From Eledone cirrhosa (Eukaryota), in assembly GCA_964016885.1 (NCBI GenBank), contig OZ024748.1:22630001-22694000 (forward strand): a stretch of 64,000 bases of DNA, written 5' to 3'. Below are positions 56,041 through 64,000 of the stretch, one piece after another; position 1 is the stretch's first letter, and the number at the start of each line of letters is the position of its first letter. A program made the translations under genes and the position numbers. Under the pieces are notes generated by a model, which saw only the letters and a program-made list of their open reading frames with translations, made no database searches and had not been told where the DNA came from.

Positions 56041-56780
56041 ATGATATTAAATAAATGGAAACTATATTTATAAAACCATATTTATTTCCTTATATAATAT
56101 TTTCTACGGATAAAACATAGCGGTTTTAAATTCTGCATCGTTTATGTCTGGTTATGTTTCATTTTCTCTTTTTCATTTTCTCTTTTTCTCTCTATATAAC
56201 GGCTATTTTCTCTCTTAACTACATACATCTCTCTTTACATTAATACTAGAGCTAAATAAATAAATAAATAAATAAATAAATGTATCAACCGATACTCAAC
56301 TTCCTAATTTCTCTATCTATCTCTATCTATCTCTTTCTTTTTTTACTCTCTCTATATATATTTCTCTCTGTTTCTTTACATGAAGTTCTTCTCTTTATCT
56401 ATCTTTCTATATCCCTCTATTTAGTCACATGCATTTCTTCTTTTTCTTCGTTTCTCTTTCTTTCTCTCTTTATCTCTCTCTTTTTACAACTGTCCACAAT
56501 ATTTTTTACTGCCAAATCAACCTCCCAAATGCAAGGTGATTGAAAGGTATGTCGTATCTATTTATTTATAAGATTGTTTATATTGTATTTTGTCAGAAGA
56601 TGGCATAACATTGTTAATATGATATCCCTGAAATATATATAATGAAATAAATATGGTTTTATAAATATAGTTTCCATTTATTTAATATCATAAATATACT
56701 CCAAATACTTGTTGAGTGCTTTTATATCAGTTATAAATATTTACTCGTTGACCCAACAATTTAAATATAACTTTCCATAT
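56041..56780 (+). mobile_element. AT-rich element with 48-bp inverted repeat and hammerhead-like motif, embedded in (TA)n
   Basis: 56041-56088 is the exact reverse complement of 56644-56691. Confidence 0.5.
56586..56649 (+). ncRNA. Hammerhead-like motif, CAGAAGA core
   Basis: Stem I TATTTTGT/ATGAAATA; CAGAAGA-T...T-GAAA; palindromic stem III ATATATAT; ATA triplet; stem II weak. Confidence 0.4.
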
Positions 56781-57034
56781 AATATATATATATATATATA
56801 TAATATATATATATATAATATATATAATATATAATATATAATATATATAATATATAATATATATAATATATATATATATAATATATATATATATATAATA
56901 TATATATATAATATATATATATATAATATATATATATATAATATATATATATATAATATATATATATATAATATATATATATATAATATATATATATATA
57001 ATATATATATATATAATATATATATATATAATAT

Positions 57035-57102
<68 letters not shown>

Positions 57103-57758
57103 ATATATATATATATAAATATATATAAATATATATATTATATATATATATTATATATATATAATATATATATATATATAAATATATATAAATATATATA
57201 AATATATATATTATATATATATATTATATATATATATATAAATATATATAAATATATATATTATATATATATTATATATATATAATATATATATATATAT
57301 AAATATATATAAATATATATAATATATATATAAATATATATAAATATATATAAATATATATATTATATATATAATATATATATATAAATATATATAAATA
57401 TATATAAATATATATATAAATATATATAAATATATATATTATATATATAATATATATATATAAATATATATAAATATATATAAATATATATATTATATAT
57501 ATATATAAATATATATAAATATATATAAATATATATATTATATATATATATTATATATATATATATTATATATATATATATTATATATATATATATATAT
57601 ATAATATATATATATATAATATATATATATATAATATATATATATATAATATATATATATAATATATATAATATATATATATATATATATGTATAATATA
57701 TATATAATATATATAATACATATATATATATATATATATATAATACATATATATAATA

Positions 57759-57800
<42 letters not shown>

Positions 57801-57915
57801 TATATATATATAATACATATATATATATATAATACATATATATATATATATATATAATACATATATATAATAATATATACATATATATATATATATATAA
57901 TACATATATATAATA

Positions 57916-57981
<66 letters not shown>

Positions 57982-58024
57982 TATAATATATATATATATA
58001 TATTATATATATATATATATATAT

Positions 58025-58059
<35 letters not shown>

Positions 58060-58114
58060 ATACATATATATAATAATATATATATAATATATATATATAT
58101 AATATATATAATAT
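56778..58114. repeat. Interrupted (TA)n tract
   Basis: Directly visible. Confidence 0.97.
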
Positions 58115-58277
58115 AGTCAACTAAAACAAGAAGTACACATATACACACACCCACCATACGTACGAACCTGCATACTCACGCAGACGCAAAACTCCCGTAT
58201 ACACGTAGCTGCGTGAGTATGCAGGTTTGTACATATGGTGGGTGTGTGTATATGTGTACTTCTTGTTTTAGTTGACT
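58115..58277. repeat. Fold-back inverted repeat at the 5' edge of the Penelope-like element
   Basis: 58115-58183 versus 58209-58277, 69-bp arms with 2 mismatches. Confidence 0.9.
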
Positions 58278-58576
58278 TGCGTCTCCGAACATTCGTGTAT
58301 TTATATGTAGGTATGTGTGTGCGCTTGTTATATACGTATTTATTTACTTATATACGTTAATATAATTATTTATTTATTTGTACACAAGCATACACACACA
58401 CACATATTTATATGTGCGTGGTTTTGTATACCTATGGTAAGGTTTTGCGTATGCTTGTGTATGTACGTATTTGTTTGCGTGTATGTATTTATTTATTTCT
58501 ATTACTTCTGTATTGTATTTATTTTCTTTATTCTTAACTCTGTAGCGGAGATTCATTTGGTCTCCTAGTTAGAATT

Positions 58577-58845
58577 TTAGTCTACGACTTCTGCTATACC
58601 ATTTACGCGGTTTTGTCTTTGCGTGCTATTGTTCTCCACGCTCCACATATGACTTATTATCTTCGTTTTTTCGTTATCGCCAGAGAACGTCTCTATGCAC
58701 CACCTAAGAGAACATTAGTCTACGACCTCTTTTATACCATAAACGTGGTTCTCTCTTTGCGCGTAATTGTTTTTCACCGCTCCAATTAATGACGTATTAT
58801 TCGTTTTTTCCCGTTCTTTGCCAGCGAACGTTTCCACGAACCAAA
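58577..58845. repeat. Diverged ~138-bp tandem duplication upstream of the PLE ORF
   Basis: ttagtctacgac...tatacca...tttgcg...cgctcca...ttcgtttttt...gccag.gaacgt starts at 58577 and again at 58715. Confidence 0.75.
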
Positions 58846-58921
58846 GTATCGTCTTCCTGTCTTCCTCCGGTTGCAACGTTTTTTGAAATATTTACTTCTG
58901 CGTTTATAGATTGACTTTGTT

Positions 58922-58972
58922 AGTTTCAGAAGATCCCGTTATGGGTGAAAGCAGCGATTCTTTGCTTAAACT
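58922..58972 (+). ncRNA. Hammerhead-like motif, CAGAAGA core, upstream of the PLE ORF
   Basis: Stem I AGTTT/AAACT; CAGAAGA-T-CCC-gttat-GGG-T-GAAA; stem III AGCA/TGCT; H17=T. Confidence 0.5.
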
Positions 58973-59126
58973 TTAATCTGTTATTTTAATAAATATTTGC
59001 TCTACGGTTCTTATATATTAGATATATATTTATCCTTATCGAGCCCTCTTTGGATTTTAGTCTTCAATTTTATTATTATTACTATTTGGCTCCCTCGGTT
59101 GAGCACTCTACTGACTTATATTCATC

Positions 59127-59630
59127 ATGCAGAAACAACATCTGAATATTTCTACAAAGAACATACCCGTACCAAGCAGGAAAACATACCTAAAACTCCT
59201 GATACAGAAAATAGACGCGTTCATTAAAAGGTTGCGTTGGTGTGCCTTTTATTTCGATAATCCGCGAAAAGCGGACAACAAACAGGATAAATTTGGATTT
59301 AAAACCTATAATAACCCCCCGTGGAACCCAGCATTGCTACCCTTCGAAAATGATGTCTTGGAACTCATTCGGAGTATCAAATTTCGGAATAGGAGCAATT
59401 CCTTCCAGCAAGACCTGAAGAATAGAATTTGTTCTATTAAGGATTCTAACGCCGTGCACGTCCATTCCGACAAAACTGGCAACCTATATCTAGTGGAGCG
59501 CAGTACTTACCATCAACTACTACATAATGCTGTAACTAAGGATTACCGTAAAACTAATCGGTGCGTCATCAATGAAATCAACGATGCTGGGTTTAAAATC
59601 ACATCTGATCTCAACATCCTGGACCGGACC
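59127..59630 (+). mobile_element. Penelope-like retroelement ORF, N-terminal part only (Naiad-like), 3'-truncated before the RT core
   Basis: STKNIPVP...FIKRLRWCAFYF...FGFKT...PP...FENDVLELI..IKF...FQQDL...SDKTGNLY...Y..LL...VTKDY matches the PLE N-terminal region with a DKG/DKT motif; the ORF tail to 59741 reads through foreign sequence. Confidence 0.8.
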
Positions 59631-59748
59631 GAACCACTGGACCATAACGCACCAGAGTACTCAATACTTAGGGTAGTAGAGTGGGTAATAGGAAAAGATT
59701 CAGAACCCCGACAGCTGAGCTCCGGCTGCTTCAACAGCTAGATCTGGA
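59631..59748 (-). mobile_element. Inverted diverged copy of the pLTR-like sequence at ~64-179
   Basis: Reverse complement contains ttcctattacccactctactaccctaagtattgagtactctggtgcgttatggtcca, nearly identical to 115-171. Confidence 0.85.
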
Positions 59749-59749
59749 T

Positions 59750-60115
59750 CTCTCAAACAATGTCACCTCCAGTCTCTCTCACTCAAACAATGTCACCTCC
59801 AGTCTCTCTCTCTCTCTCTCTCAAACAATGTCACCTCCAGTCTCTCTCTCTCTCTCTCTCAAACACTGTCACCTCAAGTCTCTCTCTCTCAAACACTGTC
59901 ACCTCCAGTCTCTCTGTCTCAAACACTGTCACCTCCAGTCTCTCTCTCTCAAACACTGTCACCTCCAGTCTCTCTCTCTCAAACACTGTCACCTCCAGTC
60001 TCTCTCTCTCAAACACTCACCTCCAGTCTCTCTCTCTCTCAAACACTGTCACCTCCAGTCTCTCTCTCTCAAACACTGTCACCTCAAGTCTCTCTCTCTC
60101 AAACACTGTCACATC
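59750..60115. repeat. ~30-bp minisatellite
   Basis: Unit tctcaaacactgtcacctccagtctctctc. Confidence 0.95.
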
Positions 60116-60147
60116 CAATTGAAACAATAGATGGAAGCCATGTTTAC

Positions 60148-60209
60148 CTGTCCCAAGGACAAGAAGTCTCAAATGATTCAGCAACGATGTAATATTCAAA
60201 AGCAAGATC
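60148..60209 (-). CDS. AGPS: Alkylglycerone-phosphate synthase exon
   Basis: ttttag|DLAFEYYIVAESFETSCPWD(R)|gtaaac; matches the AGPS [21 protein letters not shown] segment. Confidence 0.95.
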
Positions 60210-60391
60210 CTAAAATTAAACAAACAAATGAATAAAATGGTTGTGATGACAGCAACAGTGATGACAAAACCATCACATTGTCCTCATCATTGTCTAACAT
60301 CCACAGCAATATTTGGATGTGTGGGTCGTGAGCAGGCAGGGTTGGTACTGCTCATTACAATGGTGATGACACTAGTGATGGAAAATGGTGA

Positions 60392-60922
60392 TTAACTCTT
60401 AACACCCTGTTCCACATGAAGAGACATTAAAAAGATATTCTTGACAAGTATAAAACAGCACTATAACAGCATTATATTAACCCTTTAGCATTTAAACCGG
60501 CTGTATCTGGCCAGATCTCTCTCACCTCTTTCTGTTCAAACCGGCTGTAACTGGCTGCTCGTACCTTCATTAAGGTATTGTTCTCAAAATGAATAACATC
60601 AAAATCTCGTAGATTCAATATTATGTGAGATAATTATGTAAGATAAAGCCTTTACTGTGAAAATACAATAATAAATATAGAGTAATGTAAATGCTAAAGG
60701 GTTAAACATTAAAGTCTATTTTTCTGAAAATGTTCACAAAGATCTATCCATTAGTAACAATGCTATAAACAAGAATTAACAGACCACATGAAAGCACATT
60801 AGCAAGATATTCTTGACAAGTACAAAACAGCACTATGACTATATCACATTTAAAATCGAAGTGTTTAACATTACAAATTTTCACAAAGATCTGTCCATTA
60901 GCATGATACCACAAGCATTTAA
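60392..60922. repeat. Two diverged copies of a ~165-bp intronic repeat (also at 63525-63825)
   Basis: Shared cacatgaa...cattaRcaagaYattcttg...cactat...ttcacaaagatct.tccatta. Confidence 0.75.
60481..60701. mobile_element. piggyBac-type MITE
   Basis: 14-bp TIRs CCCTTTAGCATTTA/TAAATGCTAAAGGG with TTAA on both sides (60477-60480, 60702-60705). Confidence 0.9.
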
Positions 60923-61546
60923 ACTAACAATCCCATTTTGAAATATTTTCTTCTAAATCATTACATGACATTAAGAATAAATTGTTTTGTATATTTAGTC
61001 CAAGGTCAATTGAAGATAATTAATAAGGTTTTAATATGTCTGAAGAAAATAGAAGGGGAAGGTAAAATATAAAAGAGGTCTTGAGAAAAACTAAACTCAA
61101 TAGCCAGATTCAATAAAACTAAAATAGATTGAAGAAAGAAAAATGTAAATAAAGATAAAAAGAAATTAAATATTGAATGGAAAAAGAAAAAAGAATAGAA
61201 AGAAAATAAACAAAGAAAGGAAGATGAAAAGAAAGGTAATACATAAATAAAGAAAGAAAATAAAGAGAAAGAAAAAAAAACAAGGCAAACGAAGGACAGA
61301 CAGAAAGAAAGAACAAAAGAATGAAAGAATGAAAGATTGATAGAAAGTTAACTTTGTAACTAGATATGATAAAACTAAAGTAAATTGAAGAAAATAAAGA
61401 GATTAAGAGAAAGAAAGACTGAAAAGAAATAATAAAGGAGAAAGAAAGAGAAAAAGAAAGAAAATATACAAAGAAAGGAAATAAAGAAAGAGAGAAAACA
61501 AATAAATAAAAATTAAAAAAACAACTAAATAAAATGGGTTACTTAC

Positions 61547-61616
61547 ACGGATATAAGCTATTACAAAGGTAAGCATATATCCTCTTTCTCCATTGTCAGC
61601 ACCACCAGGAAGACCA
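61547..61616 (-). CDS. AGPS: Alkylglycerone-phosphate synthase exon
   Basis: ttgtag|(S)GLPGGADNGERGYMLTFVIAYIR|gtaagt. Confidence 0.95.
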
Positions 61617-61634
61617 CTACAATAGAAATAGATA

Positions 61635-62844
61635 TGAGGGTGGGCTGAAAAAGTTTATAGGCTGACTAAAGGAGTGATGCTAGGGCTGTAAAATCTTGCA
61701 TGCATTAATTTCAACTCTTCAGATTAATAACTGCATTGTTTTGTTCCAGGAAAACTGACATCTGGCTGTTTAAAGAAGTCTTCAAATGTAACTAGTAGCA
61801 ACATCTATTTAAAATAGACCAAATTTGGCATTGTGGTGTTATCAAGTACCTGCAAAAAAAGGGTTTATACCCCCAAGGACATTCATGTTAATAAGGTTGC
61901 TACATTAGGGGATGATGCAAAAGAGGGCAGTTGAATTTAGGAGGGAAGGGAGAGTCTTGAAGATGACCCAAGCTCTGGACAACCTGCAAGTGCCACCACC
62001 AAAGAAACCATTGATCGTGTTCATCACATGGTGATGGATGATAGGCAATTGACTATAAATCGAGAAAGTTGAGAGTATCCTGCACAATGAACTTGGCATG
62101 ACGAAGGTTTCTGCTCGGTGAATACCACGTCTTCTGATACCTGATCAAAAGTGTACCAGGCTGATTACATCTGACATTGTTTGAAGTAGATCCAGCTGGT
62201 TTCCTTGAATGTTTTCTAACCCAAGATGAGTGTTGGGTTCATCACGTTGAGCCAGAGACAATCTATGTAGTGGAAACACCCCTCCTCATCTGCTCCAAAA
62301 AAGGCCAAGGTCGTTTTATCTGTAAGGAAGGTGATGGCTTCAGTTTTTTGGGATGCAAAAGGCATTGTGTTTATTAACTATCTTCAAAAGGGCCACACCT
62401 TCAATGGAATGTTCTATGCCAACTTGCTGAGGCAGTTACGAAAGGCAATCAAGACTGATGAAAGGGGTTTTGTTACATCAGGAGAATGCTCAAGTACACA
62501 CATCCTTGGTTTCAATGGCTGCTATGTGTGACTGCGGCTTTGAACTGGTTGATCACCACCTCTATTCTCCTGATTTGGCCCCATCTGGTTATCATATGTT
62601 TCCCAATATGAAAAAAACACTTGGCTGGGAGCCAGTATCACAGTGATAATGATATCATGTCTGCTGTTGATGACTTTTTTCACCAACAGGGTGAAAGCTT
62701 CTTCACCAATGTGATCCAAGCACTGCAACACTGATAGAAGAAGTGTATGAACCTCAAGGGAGACTATGTTGAAAAATAAACCTCATTTGGTCACATTTCA
62801 TAAGAGTATCTTAGTCGGCCTATGAACGTTTTAGCTGACCCTCG
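61635..62844 (+). mobile_element. Near full-length decayed mariner (Tc1/mariner) transposon in an AGPS intron
   Basis: Imperfect TIRs (tgagggtgggctgaaaaagtttataggctgactaa / ttagtcggcctatgaacgttttagctgaccctcg) with TA flanks; fragments TQDECWVHH, MASVFWDAKG, LLHQENA, YSPDLAPS; frameshifts and stops. Confidence 0.93.
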
Positions 62845-63077
62845 TAGTTAAACCTTCCATTTGCTATTTCCAAATACGTTATTCAAGTAAAAAATTTACA
62901 GCCATCACTCACAATTGAGTATGACTTGGTAATGTGTACAATGCCTAAGGGTTTTAGGTGTCAATGCAATTGCAAGCAAACACACACTATTGACTCTCCC
63001 TCTCTGGATCCAATAGAGCATCCAGGATGTGCCAGCTGGAAGGAGAGAAGACTATGTACCCCATGCAGTCACAAGCA

Positions 63078-63260
63078 AACAAGGGGCAGTCAATTATATC
63101 AACCCCAGTACTTGACTGGTACTTTATTTTATTGATCCCAGAAGAATACAAAGCAAAGTTGACCAAGGCAGGATTTGAACTCAGAATGTAAAGGACTGCA
63201 ACTAAATGCTGCAAATCATTTTGCTCCAGGCTCTCGTGATTCTACTAATCCACAGCCTTC
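63078..63260 (-). mobile_element. tRNA-derived SINE
   Basis: Similar to 21950-22157 (accccagtacttgactggtacttt...ggatttgaactcagaatgtaaagga). Confidence 0.75.
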
Positions 63261-63398
63261 CAATATAATAATAAAACAAGGCTTCATTTAATTCTTACAG
63301 AAAAACTGACAAATATTAATTTCTAAAGTCCAAATTCTTGTGAAGAATTAGTAAGTTTTCAAAATTTGTTTTTAAAAAAATGTTTTTTAATATCTTAC

Positions 63399-63448
63399 CT
63401 ATATTTAGCAACAATCGCATAGACTTGCTTTTCTAATGCTGCAACCTC
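63399..63448 (-). CDS. AGPS: Alkylglycerone-phosphate synthase exon
   Basis: taaaag|EVAALEKQVYAIVAKY+AG|gtaaga; phases fit both neighbours. Confidence 0.92.
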
Positions 63449-63524
63449 CTTTTAAATAAAAAAAATTAAAATAGATTGAAATATAGTAAGAAGAAAATAA
63501 GGATTTTTATTTTTTTTAAGCAGC

Positions 63525-63825
63525 TTAACTCTTAACATCTTATACTGCATGAAACTGCATTAGCAAGACATTCTTGGAAAGTACACTATGATTGCATCAT
63601 ATTAAACATTAAAGTCTTTGTTTAGTGGAAATTTTCACAAAGATTTGTCCATTAATAAAGATACTATAAACATTTAATAGGGTCAATCACAGGTTAACTC
63701 AAAGTCCTGTGCTACATGAAACCACATTAACAAGACATTCTTGGAAAGCAGAAAATACTACTATGACTGCATCACATTAGAAATTATAGTCTTTATTTTA
63801 GTTTATGACAACAATCTGTCCGCAA
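63525..63825. repeat. Two further copies of the ~165-bp intronic repeat
   Basis: ttaactc...catgaaac..cattaRcaagacattcttggaaag...actatga.tgcatca. Confidence 0.7.
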
Positions 63826-63859
63826 AACACAAAATAAAGAACGACAAACAGAAATTTTA

Positions 63860-64000
<141 letters not shown>

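Overview
Repeat-dominated eukaryotic genomic DNA. Octopus/coleoid origin is inferred from the microsatellite load and the SINE, Dong/R4 and Penelope-type repeats. About two-thirds of the window is two satellites: a 69-bp array (~7.96-20.36 kb, ~180 units) and a (GTAGTAGACT)n array (~24.45-54.27 kb) that ends at a 200-N scaffold gap. Nearly all long ORFs in the supplied track are repeat artefacts. Real coding signal, mostly missed by the track, comprises: four minus-strand exons of alkylglycerone-phosphate synthase (AGPS, 60.1-64.0 kb); a Penelope-like element N-terminal ORF; a decayed mariner; a Dong/R4 endonuclease fragment; and an unidentified three-exon minus-strand gene end (24.4-20.8 kb). 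The two most interesting signals are: (1) that gene end, whose spliced frame contains two in-frame TGA codons, one in a UxxC-like motif; (2) a set of small (TA)n-embedded elements with fold-back repeats and variant hammerhead-ribozyme-like motifs, including a U3-A8 compensatory core and two independent CAGAAGA cores. All identifications were made by eye; no searches were run.
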